The notes beneath the pieces were generated by a model that saw only the letters and a program-made list of their open reading frames with translations, had not been told where the DNA came from and searched no databases. Position numbers and translations under genes: made by a program. From Nitrososphaeraceae archaeon (GTDB taxonomy: Archaea > Thermoproteota > Nitrososphaeria > Nitrososphaerales > Nitrososphaeraceae): 64,000 bases of DNA. Shown piece by piece: positions 26,578-36,294 of this stretch (positions are counted from its first letter, which is position 1; each line of letters opens with the position of its first letter). The stretch is from the NCBI GenBank assembly GCA_033272285.1, contig JASKBU010000088.1:8687-72686 (forward strand). The letters are read 5' to 3'.

Positions 26578-28362
26578 TCAGATATATCCAAACGCAGGAT
26601 CTGATTCACGTTTTTTTGATAGTATAAAATTAAAAATTTCCTGCTCCTCTTCGCTGAGTTTGTCTGAAAATCTTTCCAGCAGTATTCGTGCTTGTCTGCT
26701 GTTTAGGTCTGTATAAAAAACATCGCCTTCATTTATCTGTCTGCCAATCGTTGGTTCCTTTATGGAAAGAGCCACCTGTGTTCCTCTATCGGCGATTTCT
26801 AGGTTTTTGCCTTCATTTTGTATTTGATGTACCACACCAATTTTCTTACCATCTTCATTCATTACAGTAATCTTTTGCCTTAATTTGCCGACTAATATCT
26901 CGGCACCAAATACTGCGGGGTTGTTTCTTCTGAAAACATAACCCTTCATGAATTGAAATTTGCAGATAGGGGGTATTTCATTAAAAATAATTGAATCTTC
27001 GTGAACTCTTTCATAATCTACCCATTCAGAGTAACTTCTAACTAAATTGTAGATTATTTTTTCGTTAAATATTTTTATTTTCCTTTCAAAGGCTTCCTTT
27101 TCTGCATCTTCAAAAACCTTTACATTGAATCCAAGAACCACTCCTAGGTAACGATCTTTCTCTCTAACGGCAGAGGCTGAAAGGATGTCCCTGCGAGTAA
27201 TAGTCCCCAGATCAGCGGATCTTATTGGTATGTTTTCCTTTTTCAAAAGTTCAGTAATAGCTTCAATTGATCCTATGGTATCGCATCGCAAAATTATCCC
27301 GTTGGATTCTGTTTGTATTATTGCTGATCTAATCTCGGATTCTATACTCATTCTTAATTTTTCTTCGTCCTCAGGCCTTTTAACAACATAGAGTGGACTT
27401 CCAGCAAGTACACCTTCAAGGTCGGGCGAAGTTACCTTCAGGCCTGCAGCAGCGGTAACTTTATCAACATGTCTAAATTTATCCCTGGGATCTCTCATTT
27501 CATCCAGTGGTTTTGGAAGTAGTAACGCCTTGATTTTGGTGGTGGTAACAGTATCTTTTTTACCGACAACAATTCTGTCTCCTTGCTTTAGAGTACCGTC
27601 TAAAAGTATAATATTTGCTGACGGTCCCAGTCCTATTTCGTCATTAACTTCAAGCACAATACCCCTTGTTTCCGTTTCATGTCGCGCCAGCCTTTTAGAC
27701 AAGTATTGTTGGGTCAACCCCACCAGTACTGCCAGTAGTTCTGGTATTCCAGTTCCTCTTACGGCACTTACAGGAACAATTGCCAGTTCCTTTGTAAAAT
27801 CTTTAACGCGCCAGAATGCCTCAGAATTATATCCTAATCGGGAAAGGGCACCAACAACAGTGTAAATTTTTTCATCTAGAAATGACACAATGGAGGTATC
27901 TTGAATCTTTAATTGTTCTGCAATCAGGATCGAATCATTTTTCTTCCAACCTGATATTTGATCTATCTTATTGAGGGCTATGACAAATGGGACCTTTCTC
28001 TTTTTTAATATATCCAAACTTTCAATCGTTTGCGCCTCAAGTCCTTTATTAACATCTACTACTACTATGGCAATATCCGCCGCTGAACCACCCCTCATGC
28101 GGAGATTTGCAAAGACTTCATGACCGGGAGTATCTATTACGAGTAAGCCTGGAACGGGATTGTCTGATTTGGACAGCTGGTCAAATAACTTGCCTGTAAT
28201 ATCTTTGATTGTTTCAATCGGGAAATAGCTTGCGCCAATGTGTTGGGTTATTCCGCCCTCTTCTCTGGATTGTACTGCCGTTCCACGAATTTTGTCAAGT
28301 AAGGAGGTTTTACCGGAGTCTACGTGACCTAATACAACTACAACAGGTTGGCGGAGTTCCAC
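26578..28362 (-). CDS. infB: translation initiation factor aIF5B (IF-2)
   Basis: G domain motifs GHVDSGKTSLLD, DTPGHE and NKID. 594 aa. Confidence 0.93.
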   Translation of the reverse strand: MELRQPVVVVLGHVDSGKTSLLDKIRGTAVQSREEGGITQHIGASYFPIETIKDITGKLFDQLSKSDNPVPGLLVIDTPGHEVFANLRMRGGSAADIAIVVVDVNKGLEAQTIESLDILKKRKVPFVIALNKIDQISGWKKNDSILIAEQLKIQDTSIVSFLDEKIYTVVGALSRLGYNSEAFWRVKDFTKELAIVPVSAVRGTGIPELLAVLVGLTQQYLSKRLARHETETRGIVLEVNDEIGLGPSANIILLDGTLKQGDRIVVGKKDTVTTTKIKALLLPKPLDEMRDPRDKFRHVDKVTAAAGLKVTSPDLEGVLAGSPLYVVKRPEDEEKLRMSIESEIRSAIIQTESNGIILRCDTIGSIEAITELLKKENIPIRSADLGTITRRDILSASAVREKDRYLGVVLGFNVKVFEDAEKEAFERKIKIFNEKIIYNLVRSYSEWVDYERVHEDSIIFNEIPPICKFQFMKGYVFRRNNPAVFGAEILVGKLRQKITVMNEDGKKIGVVHQIQNEGKNLEIADRGTQVALSIKEPTIGRQINEGDVFYTDLNSRQARILLERFSDKLSEEEQEIFNFILSKKRESDPAFGYI

Positions 28363-28770
28363 TTAACTAAAAATGATTTTAGACTCTTTTATGAAGCTTT
28401 CAGCCGAATCGGAGGCATGTATTATATTATCAGTAAATCCAAGTCCAAAATCACCCCTGATTGTCCCCGGTTGGGCTTCTGTAGAATTGGTGTTTCCAAC
28501 CATTAACCTTATTGTTGAAATTGCATTGTTTCCTTCCAAAATACACCCGACTGTTTTACCAGAACATATGAATGAAACTAGCTCGTTGAAAAAATGCTTG
28601 TCTTTATGAGCATCGTAGAATTTGTGTGCCGTATCTCTATCAAATTGAAAGGACCTAAGATTCACTATCTGAAAGCCCTTCTCTTCAAATCTGGAAATAA
28701 TTTTTCCAACAAGACCCTTCTTGAAGCCATCAGGTTTTACCACAATGAGGGTTTGCTCTAAATTAGACAT
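28363..28770 (-). CDS. ndk: nucleoside-diphosphate kinase
   Basis: VKPDG, GTIRGDF and IHASDS (active-site His) motifs. It abuts the infB start with no spacer. Confidence 0.93.
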   Translation of the reverse strand: MSNLEQTLIVVKPDGFKKGLVGKIISRFEEKGFQIVNLRSFQFDRDTAHKFYDAHKDKHFFNELVSFICSGKTVGCILEGNNAISTIRLMVGNTNSTEAQPGTIRGDFGLGFTDNIIHASDSAESFIKESKIIFS

Positions 28771-28780
28771 TTCCTAACTC

Positions 28781-28990
28781 TTATTTTTTGACCTTAATTC
28801 CACCCTTAACGTACTTTCGAGTCCATTTCAGTTTTCTTGGATCTCGTTTTAACTTCATGTTCTTTTTACACTTAGGTGAACATGTCCACTGAATAGAACC
28901 ATCATTTTTTACTGACATCATTCCTGCATCAGTAGGAATATGTTTTCCACAAAAGAAACAATTTCGGAGAGACGCTGCTGCTTTGCTCAA
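28781..28990 (-). CDS. rpl24e: 50S ribosomal protein L24e
   Basis: CFFCGKHIP...C..KC zinc motif and KWTRKY. Confidence 0.9.
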   Translation of the reverse strand: MSKAAASLRNCFFCGKHIPTDAGMMSVKNDGSIQWTCSPKCKKNMKLKRDPRKLKWTRKYVKGGIKVKK

Positions 28991-28999
28991 ACAATATCA

Positions 29000-29227
29000 C
29001 TACTTTATCTTTCTTGCCTCTCTTTCAGTTTCTCTCAACATCAGGATGTCTTTCATCCTAACTGAGCCTTTAACATTTCTTGTGAGAATTCGACCCTTGT
29101 CCTTTCCTTCTAGAACCTTTACTCTAACTTGGATTACTTCTCCTGCTATCCCGGTTCTGCCCACTATTTGAATAACTTCTGCTGGAGTTACCCTTACTTC
29201 TGCAGCTTTACTCACTAGTAAAATCAC
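29000..29227 (-). CDS. rps28e: 30S ribosomal protein S28e
   Basis: [27 protein letters not shown]...[24 protein letters not shown]. Confidence 0.92.
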   Translation of the reverse strand: MILLVSKAAEVRVTPAEVIQIVGRTGIAGEVIQVRVKVLEGKDKGRILTRNVKGSVRMKDILMLRETEREARKIK

Positions 29228-29604
29228 TCCTTCTTGTCTTTAATACTTGAAAGTGTTCCAATTACTTGGTCAACAATATGCTGACCTTCTCCTGCATCAA
29301 TTATAGTTGCTGCAGCAGAGCCAACTTCAATTCCAAGTGATTCACCTAATTGTTGTTTGCTTGGTACAAAGATATAGGGAGTATTCCTTTCATCGCAAAT
29401 AATAGGAATGTGAGCAACAACTTCTGGAGGCTGGACGTCTTCTGCTATTACCACCAATTTGCCTATTCCTCTTTCTATCGCCTTTGTAGTTTCATTAGTC
29501 CCTTTTCTAACACTTCCGCTCTGTTTGGCTACTCTGACCGCTTCATAGACAGCACTTACGAGATCTTTTGGAGTTTCAAATTTTACATAAAAAGGTTTAC
29601 TCAT
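29224..29604 (-). CDS. rpl7ae: 50S ribosomal protein L7Ae (K-turn binding)
   Basis: ..[31 protein letters not shown]... I chose the [10 protein letters not shown] start; the listed ORF begins 5 codons upstream. There is a 4-nt overlap with rps28e. Confidence 0.92.
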   Translation of the reverse strand: MSKPFYVKFETPKDLVSAVYEAVRVAKQSGSVRKGTNETTKAIERGIGKLVVIAEDVQPPEVVAHIPIICDERNTPYIFVPSKQQLGESLGIEVGSAAATIIDAGEGQHIVDQVIGTLSSIKDKKE

Positions 29605-29686
29605 TTTATAATTCATCACCCATTGGGATCATCTTTAATCTACTCAATAGATGTGAAGGCGTATTAAAAATGTTGCCGAGCAAATA

Positions 29687-31060
29687 TTATTTTCCACCTA
29701 GCGTGTCGTTAACAAGCCGCGTGTATTCGTTAACTTTGGATTTTATCAATAATTCATCAGTTGATTCTCCATACATTCTAATCAAGGGTTCAGTACCGCT
29801 GGGACGGAGCATTAACCAACTTTCATCATCAAACCAAATCTTGACGCCATCAAGTGTTTCTATCTTCATCGGACTGCCATGAATCTTTGCATTTTCTATC
29901 ACTTTTTGAACCACTTCCATATCAGAACAATGAAACTTTGATTTGTGCTGGTAGGCCATGGGAAGAGAGGATAGCAATTCTGAGAGCGTTTTTTCTTGTG
30001 ATGCCAATAGATCCAGCATTAGTGCTGTTGTCATGGCACCATCTCTAACCTGATTTAAAATTCCGTACATGAAACCTCCGTTTTCCTCCATGCCAATAAT
30101 GGCGTTTTGTTTTACCATTTCGCGGGAAACTTCAACACTACCTACCTTTGTGTGAATAACGCTAGAGCCATTATCCTGTGCAATTTTTGTCAATATGTTA
30201 GTTGTGTTTATCGGGCAAACTATTTTGGCTCCCTTGTGTTTTTCAGAAATCAAGTATCTGGCCAATAATGTTCCGGTCTTATCACCCCAGTGAATACATC
30301 CCTTTTCGTCACAGAAGATGGATCTATCTCCATCACCATCATAAGCAGCGCCAATATCGGAATTGGTTTCTTTTGAAATACTACATAGCAAATTGAGGTT
30401 AGAAGGTGTTGGCTCTGATCCTCTACCTGGAAAATTCCCATCAATAGTTCCGTTAAGAGTTATTACCGAACATCCAAGTCGTTTTGCAAGTATTGGAGCG
30501 ACTAGCGCCTGAACACCATTTCCCAAATCCATTGTTATTTTGAATTTGCGTTGCTTGATTCTGTCCGTATCGACTAGTTTCAGGACATCATCAATGTATC
30601 TTTCAATTACCATTTCTTCTTTGAAATTGTCCCCTATCTTTGTAGAACTAATGAACGCCTTGTTCCTAAAAATCTGTTCCACCTCAGTCTCATCATCTCT
30701 TGAAAGCTCAACTCCATCTTTTGCAATAGGTTTTACACCATTATACTCTGGAGGATTGTGGGAAGCAGTAATCATAATTCCGCCTTGAAAATGATTCTTT
30801 TTTGTCGCATACTGAAGACACGGTGTAGGCAAAAGGCCGGCATCAACCGTGTTTATACCATTTGAATTAAGGACCGCGGTAACAATATTGAACATGATAT
30901 TGTTTGAATTACGGCCATCTCTACCGACAAGGATTGAACCTTCCTTGTAGTAAGAAGCCAGTGCATGCATTACATCGACCAAGAAATCTAGAGAGAGATC
31001 TTTTCCGAATACTCCTCTGATTCCGTTGGTGCCAAATAATGGCATATTCCTGTTCATCAT
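29687..31060 (-). CDS. glmM: phosphoglucosamine mutase / phosphohexomutase
   Basis: TASHNPPEYNGVK phosphoserine loop, DGDGDR metal site, and MEENGG sugar loop. Confidence 0.85.
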   Translation of the reverse strand: MMNRNMPLFGTNGIRGVFGKDLSLDFLVDVMHALASYYKEGSILVGRDGRNSNNIMFNIVTAVLNSNGINTVDAGLLPTPCLQYATKKNHFQGGIMITASHNPPEYNGVKPIAKDGVELSRDDETEVEQIFRNKAFISSTKIGDNFKEEMVIERYIDDVLKLVDTDRIKQRKFKITMDLGNGVQALVAPILAKRLGCSVITLNGTIDGNFPGRGSEPTPSNLNLLCSISKETNSDIGAAYDGDGDRSIFCDEKGCIHWGDKTGTLLARYLISEKHKGAKIVCPINTTNILTKIAQDNGSSVIHTKVGSVEVSREMVKQNAIIGMEENGGFMYGILNQVRDGAMTTALMLDLLASQEKTLSELLSSLPMAYQHKSKFHCSDMEVVQKVIENAKIHGSPMKIETLDGVKIWFDDESWLMLRPSGTEPLIRMYGESTDELLIKSKVNEYTRLVNDTLGGK

Positions 31061-31130
31061 AACTAAACACCAATATATTCTAAATAATAGTTAAATTTGG
31101 CCGAATAACTTTCAATAGGCAGACCTCGAT

Positions 31131-31260
31131 GCGGGGGTTGCCAAGCTAGGTCAACGGCGCAGGTCTCGCTAATTGCGAGTGCGAAGCTTAGAATGGATGT
31201 CATTCAATTCCTAGATCCCTGTTCCTTAGGGATTCGTGGGTTCAAATCCCACCCCCCGCA
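31131..31260 (+). tRNA. class II tRNA, best read as tRNA-Leu(UAG) with two introns
   Basis: GCGGGGG-TT-GCC-(13)-GGC-G-CAGG[22 nt, 31164-31185]G-CTTAGAA-[23 nt, 31194-31216]CCCTG-TTCCTTAGGGATTC-GTGGG-TTCAAAT-CCCAC-CCCCCGC-A. The exons sum to 85 nt. tRNA identity is certain; the isotype and intron model are inferred. Confidence 0.8.
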
Positions 31261-31351
31261 CACAATTAAGGACCATTACTGTCAGTTGCTATTAGTCAAA
31301 CTGACTTCAGATTTAGAAAAAAAAGTAATTCACAGATTGAATTGGATTCTA

Positions 31352-31543
31352 CTATACGCTACATAATTTCTTGTGTCTTTCATCGTGAAAATGAATTTCA
31401 CAAAAATCTGCATTACATGTATAACAATGCCACCCTGATAGCGTATAGCATACTGAGCATTTTCGTGTAGGATTATTATAATCAAAATCCTTTCTTGATT
31501 TTTTGAATATTTTTTGTCTTGCTTCAGGACTCATATCTTGCAA
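31352..31543 (-). CDS. small cross-brace (MYND/HIT-like) zinc-finger protein
   Basis: 63 aa with the pattern C29-x2-C-x7-C-x2-C-x4-C-x2-H-x5-H-x3-C61, ending ..DERHKKLC. Confidence 0.55.
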   Translation of the reverse strand: MQDMSPEARQKIFKKSRKDFDYNNPTRKCSVCYTLSGWHCYTCNADFCEIHFHDERHKKLCSV

Positions 31544-31727
31544 ACCAAATTGTAAAGATCACTAAAGGAGAACATGTCATTGCTAGTCTATTAGGTATAA
31601 ATGTAAATGCACCAAATGTGTATTTATCACCGCTTTAGAATTGGTTTTAACTTATTTAAGTATTAGTGTTGATGCTTAATTTTTAGAATCCTTTAATTTT
31701 GAGGTCTTTCTTTAATCCATTTTAATA

Positions 31728-32594
31728 ATGAACAGAAATGACAGACTCGTAGTTGAGGTAACAGTAGTTGGCAAAGACAGAAAAGGTGTAGTTGCAGATG
31801 TAACTAACTTTATTTTCAAAAATGATGGAAACATTGAGCAGATAAATCAAAGCGTAATCAACGGACTGTTTGGTATGCAACTGGAGGCTTCATTTCAACA
31901 ACGTGAATTCAGAAAAGAACCTTTTGATACAGAGCTGAAGTCTCTCGCAAAAAAATTAAAAATGGAGGTAAAAGTCCATTATGAAGAGCCTAAAAGATTA
32001 AAGAATATTGCGATTTTTGTTAGCAAAGAAAGCCACTGCCTCATTAAATTGCTCGATGCAAAGGCGGCGGGGAAAATAAGTGCAAATATTGTTGTAATCG
32101 TAGGAAGCGAAAAGACGACCAATTCTATCGCAGAAAAGTACCAAATTCCATTTTATAACATCGTGCATTCCCAGCAGACTGATGCGGAGATTGAAATTTT
32201 GGAGATAATGGATCGTTATAATGTAGATTTGATAGTTCTAGGAAGATACATGCGTATATTGACGCCTAATTTTGTTTGGAGATATCCTGATAGGATTATT
32301 AATATTCATCCATCATTGTTGCCTGCTTTTCCTGGTGCATATGCATATGTTCAGGCGTATGAAAGAGGGGCAAAAATCGTTGGCTGCACAGCCCATTTTG
32401 TTACAGAAGACCTTGACCAGGGACCTATTATTTGTCAGGAATCATTTAGAGTTAGACAAAGAGACACCGTAGAGTCAATCAAAAGAAGGGGGCAGAAACT
32501 AGAAGCAGTAACATTGCTAGAAGCAGTAACATTATACTTGGAAAACCGTATCCAAGTAAATTGGGGACGGGTTGTGGTTAAGAACACCAAATGA
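31728..32594 (+). CDS. purU: formyltetrahydrofolate deformylase
   Basis: N-terminal ACT domain (VVGKDRKGVVADVT) and a formyltransferase core with INIHPSLLPAFPG. Confidence 0.88.
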   Translation: MNRNDRLVVEVTVVGKDRKGVVADVTNFIFKNDGNIEQINQSVINGLFGMQLEASFQQREFRKEPFDTELKSLAKKLKMEVKVHYEEPKRLKNIAIFVSKESHCLIKLLDAKAAGKISANIVVIVGSEKTTNSIAEKYQIPFYNIVHSQQTDAEIEILEIMDRYNVDLIVLGRYMRILTPNFVWRYPDRIINIHPSLLPAFPGAYAYVQAYERGAKIVGCTAHFVTEDLDQGPIICQESFRVRQRDTVESIKRRGQKLEAVTLLEAVTLYLENRIQVNWGRVVVKNTK

Positions 32595-32679
32595 AACTAG
32601 GCAAACTATGCAATCACCACAGCTCAAACGTAAATTATTTTGATTAGTTTAATAACTCAGTTGGACATTTCTACTGATA

Positions 32680-33378
32680 TTGTCAATATTCAACCTCAGT
32701 TTCAGCGAGATAAAAAACAAAAAAAGGAGAGCAATAATCCCGCTGGGTTCCATAGAGCAGCATGGGCCGCACCTTCCGATAACTACTGATATATTGATTG
32801 CAGAATATCTGGCGAACCAAATCTCAAAAAAAATTCCAGCTCATGTTCTACCCGGTATTCCTTACGGGGTATCATATGAACACAAATCATTTTTCAACAT
32901 TTCAATAAATAACGATTTGCTATCAGATCTCTTGACTCAGATTTGTGTTTCATTGGCAGAAAATGGCTTTAGATCTGTAATCATATTAAATGGCCACCAC
33001 GGAAACATGGGAGTATTACAATACGTTCCTCAAAAGGTAGCAAGCAAGAATCCAAATTTGAGTGTATTTGGTATTAACTATTGGAATTTGATAGAAAGGG
33101 AATTTGATCATGCAGGTTTTGTTGAAACTTCATTAATGCTGTCTATAAATCCACAGCTGGTCCAGATGCATAAAGCCAAGCGCGGATATTCGGATACAAA
33201 AAGATTGCATGCTACATATTCTATATTCCTAAATAATCCATCGTCATTTAAGATTACAAAAAATGGTATTTGGGGTGATCCTACTAAGGCAAATAGGCAA
33301 CATGGCAGAAAAATAATGTCCATAGCAATTAAGAATATTATTAGGACGATAAAGGAGCTGGATGAACTGAGTAGATGA
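32680..33378 (+). CDS. creatininase-family amidohydrolase (ArfB/MftE-like)
   Basis: GSIEQHGPHLP and NGHHGN metal-site motifs. TTG start. Confidence 0.8.
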   Translation: MSIFNLSFSEIKNKKRRAIIPLGSIEQHGPHLPITTDILIAEYLANQISKKIPAHVLPGIPYGVSYEHKSFFNISINNDLLSDLLTQICVSLAENGFRSVIILNGHHGNMGVLQYVPQKVASKNPNLSVFGINYWNLIEREFDHAGFVETSLMLSINPQLVQMHKAKRGYSDTKRLHATYSIFLNNPSSFKITKNGIWGDPTKANRQHGRKIMSIAIKNIIRTIKELDELSR

Positions 33379-33551
33379 TCTGATTTTGATACTGATTTGT
33401 TTTGAATTTAGAATTTTTTATTTTGAATATTAGTTAATAGGAATTGAATTAGAGCTAGTGATTCATACAATGTCATTTCAAGACAGATATCAAAATTATT
33501 ATTAACTTTAATATAGACCTTCATTAAGGAATACCATAGGTAGTGATATAG

Positions 33552-33782
33552 ATGTCCGTTGACATGGCTGTAAAAGTACTTGATGAGAGCTTGGGTAAAA
33601 TAGTTCTGATAAAACTAAAAGGAAGTAAAGTAATTCGTGGGAACCTGCACGGTTTTGACCAGCATATGAATTTACTACTTGACAATTCTGTGGAATTACT
33701 TGATGAAGGAAAATCAAATGAAATTGGAACCATTGTTGTAAGGGGAGATAATGTTGTTATGATATCTCCACCACCACCCTAA
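33552..33782 (+). CDS. Sm-like archaeal protein (SmAP/LSm)
   Basis: Sm1 motif (VLIKLKGSKVIRGNLHGFDQHMNLLLD) and Sm2 motif (IVVRGDNVVMISP). Confidence 0.92.
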   Translation: MSVDMAVKVLDESLGKIVLIKLKGSKVIRGNLHGFDQHMNLLLDNSVELLDEGKSNEIGTIVVRGDNVVMISPPPP

Positions 33783-33817
33783 CATCACTAGTCTAGATAA
33801 TTTGGAGGAAAAATTGC

Positions 33818-33988
33818 ATGACCAAAGGAACAACTTCAATGGGAAAGTTTACCCGAAAGCGCACTCATATAAGGTGCCGTAGATGCGGCCATAACGCATT
33901 TCATAAAAGAGACAAGCGATGTGGGAAATGCGGATATCCAGATCCAAAAACTCGAAAATACGATTGGATTAAACGGCGAGTTACTTAG
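33818..33988 (+). CDS. rpl37e: 50S ribosomal protein L37e
   Basis: Not in the ORF track (56 aa). Sequence is [61 protein letters not shown] lies 9 nt upstream of the ATG. The position after SmAP is the conserved one. Confidence 0.92.
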   Translation: MTKGTTSMGKFTRKRTHIRCRRCGHNAFHKRDKRCGKCGYPDPKTRKYDWIKRRVT

Positions 33989-34019
33989 ACATTCTAGGGA
34001 TAAGACTTAACAGTATGTT

Positions 34020-34850
34020 GTGATTTACTACCTTAAGTTGGATTTTGTTGTTACATCAATTTCAATAGGATTAGGTGCAATAGCTTCAGTGGTTTTTCGT
34101 CAAATTAGAAACCAGAGAATTGCAAAAATGTACAATAAAAAGAAGAGTACGAAGCAAGCATACAGTTTCGACACTTCCAAAAATAGCACTGATCTTGAGA
34201 TGATGAAAAATGAGTTGGATTCACTACAAGTTGAAAGATCGATCATTGCTGGTTCAGCTAGAAGAGTAGACGAGACTTTTAAAGAAGGTAAACTAAGTCA
34301 ATTAGAATTTGACAGATTAATGTTAAAGTACGGTGATGATTTAAGAAAATGTGACGAAGAAATAGAGCATGCGCGATCGGTTGTAGACCTTTACGATTTG
34401 AGCGCAATTAAAAACAATCTTGTTTCTATAATAGAGGACAAAATCAAAGTTATAGATACAAGATTAACAGAGCTCTCTAACAGGAATTTCAATTTGACAA
34501 CTACGGCAAAGCGGACGCGACCTGATATCATAAAAGAGGATTTTGCTAATTCATCATTACGCCAAGAAAATCTAGATTATTCGTTACGTACGGAGGCAGA
34601 AAAAATAAAGAATCTGGAAATGGAAATTAATCAAGCACTTGAAAAACTTGATAGTTTCGAGTCTACAAAATCAGGACCAGGATTACAATCAAAACCAGGA
34701 GCAGAATTAGATGCAGAATCCAAACTAAAATCAAAAATAGCAATTGAATTAGGGAAAGAGGAAATACTGAAAAATAGTTTAGGGTCGAGTGATAAACAGG
34801 ATGTTGCTACCAAAAGGGATCCTCTTAGGAATTTTGCCCCATCAAAGTAG
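34020..34850 (+). CDS. membrane-anchored coiled-coil protein, hypothetical
   Basis: N-terminal hydrophobic segment (VVTSISIGLGAIASVVF), then long heptad-like charged regions. GTG start. Confidence 0.55.
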   Translation: MIYYLKLDFVVTSISIGLGAIASVVFRQIRNQRIAKMYNKKKSTKQAYSFDTSKNSTDLEMMKNELDSLQVERSIIAGSARRVDETFKEGKLSQLEFDRLMLKYGDDLRKCDEEIEHARSVVDLYDLSAIKNNLVSIIEDKIKVIDTRLTELSNRNFNLTTTAKRTRPDIIKEDFANSSLRQENLDYSLRTEAEKIKNLEMEINQALEKLDSFESTKSGPGLQSKPGAELDAESKLKSKIAIELGKEEILKNSLGSSDKQDVATKRDPLRNFAPSK

Positions 34851-34912
34851 GTCTAAAAAAAATAATTAGATGGGGAACGTTAATTTTTAAGGATCCATAA
34901 ATTTCAGAATTT

Positions 34913-35050
34913 TTACTTTCCTATTCTGAACATCTTTGTACCGCAAGTCGAACATATTCCTTGTGTTGCCGGTTTTCCATTTTTCATTGTTATCTTTTTT
35001 TCATCATTCATAATCCTTTTTTGTTTACACTTTACACAGTATCCTTCCAT
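34913..35050 (-). CDS. DUF5679-like mini zinc-ribbon protein
   Basis: Not in the ORF track (45 aa). Sequence is MEGYCVKCKQKRIMNDEKKITMKNGKPATQGICSTCGTKMFRIGK. It has CxxC...CxxC pairs. Family assigned from memory. Confidence 0.65.
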   Translation of the reverse strand: MEGYCVKCKQKRIMNDEKKITMKNGKPATQGICSTCGTKMFRIGK

Positions 35051-35331
35051 GAAAAATAGATTTCACGTGTAAATAAAAACATTATGCATGGGGTCTTATT
35101 TTCGTCAAAAACGTAAGGATTATTGTTCCAATTAGGAAAACTATATAAATTTTGAACTCCTATTGTACTTTTTAGCTAGATACAAGCCAAATATGCTATC
35201 GAAGAGTTTTGATTCATCATAGTCTAATAACTTTCAATTGTTGCACTGCTTACGAAAAATTGTAAGTGCTCCAATAGTATAGGTAGTATTTTGAAAATTT
35301 ATAAGTAATCTCAAACTTCGTTCATTGTTAA

Positions 35332-36246
35332 ATGAAAATTACCGTAATTGGAGCCGGACGTGTAGGTTCTTCTGTGGCCCTAAATTGCTCCTTGAGAGAA
35401 TTAGGTGATGTGACGCTTCTTGATATTGTCGAAGGACTTCCTCAAGGCGAGGCAATGGATATTAACCATCAACTTGCTGAACGAGGAATAGATTTCACAG
35501 TTAGTGGCTCTAATAACTATGAGGACTTGAAAGGATCCGAATTTGTAATAGTTGTAGCAGGGGTGGGTAGAAAACCCGGTATGACGCGTATGGACCTTCT
35601 TAAAACAAACGCTGACATTGTAAAGGGAGTATGCAATAAAATCAAAGCCTTTGCTCATGATTCTAAGATTATAGTAGTAACAAATCCGTTAGACCCATTG
35701 ACATATCTTGTAATCAAATCACTGCAAGGACAACGAAACAAGATAATGGGTATGGGGGGAATGTTAGACCTGTCTAGATTTAAGGAACATATCAGTAGGG
35801 TGACTAAAATATCCCGAGAATCAATTCAGGCAATGGTCATAAGTGAACATGGTGAGAATATGCTGCCACTTGTTAGATTCTCCAGTATGGGTGGGATACC
35901 ATTAAGTGAGTTCATAACCCCAGAACAATCTGAAGACCTTGCCACAAAGACAAAAAAGATAGCAGCTGAGGTAATTTCTTTAAAAGGTGCTACTATTTAT
36001 GCTCCAGGAAATGCTGTCTCAACTATGATTGAGAGCATCGTAAAGAATAAAAGGACAATACTTCCTGTGTCAGCCCTTCTTGAAGGAGAATATGGATACA
36101 GTGACGTTTGCATTGGGGTACCATGTGTACTTGGAAATGAAGGTATTGGAAAAATAATCGAGTTAAAATTAAATGAAAAAGAACAAAAGGTCTTTGACCT
36201 GGGAATTCAGAGTGTAAAAAGCGCAATAAAGAGCTTTTCACAATGA
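35332..36246 (+). CDS. mdh: malate dehydrogenase (LDH-like)
   Basis: VIGAGRVGS Rossmann fold, GRKPGMTRMDLL, and catalytic His in SEHGENM. Confidence 0.92.
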   Translation: MKITVIGAGRVGSSVALNCSLRELGDVTLLDIVEGLPQGEAMDINHQLAERGIDFTVSGSNNYEDLKGSEFVIVVAGVGRKPGMTRMDLLKTNADIVKGVCNKIKAFAHDSKIIVVTNPLDPLTYLVIKSLQGQRNKIMGMGGMLDLSRFKEHISRVTKISRESIQAMVISEHGENMLPLVRFSSMGGIPLSEFITPEQSEDLATKTKKIAAEVISLKGATIYAPGNAVSTMIESIVKNKRTILPVSALLEGEYGYSDVCIGVPCVLGNEGIGKIIELKLNEKEQKVFDLGIQSVKSAIKSFSQ

Positions 36247-36294
36247 CTTCTTATACCTTAGAATCCATAAAAAAATAAAATGAAATCGTGAGAA

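Noticed and set aside
33508-33733. Two 69-aa minus-strand ORFs.
   Set aside because: They are antisense to the SmAP gene, whose Sm1 and Sm2 motifs are clear.
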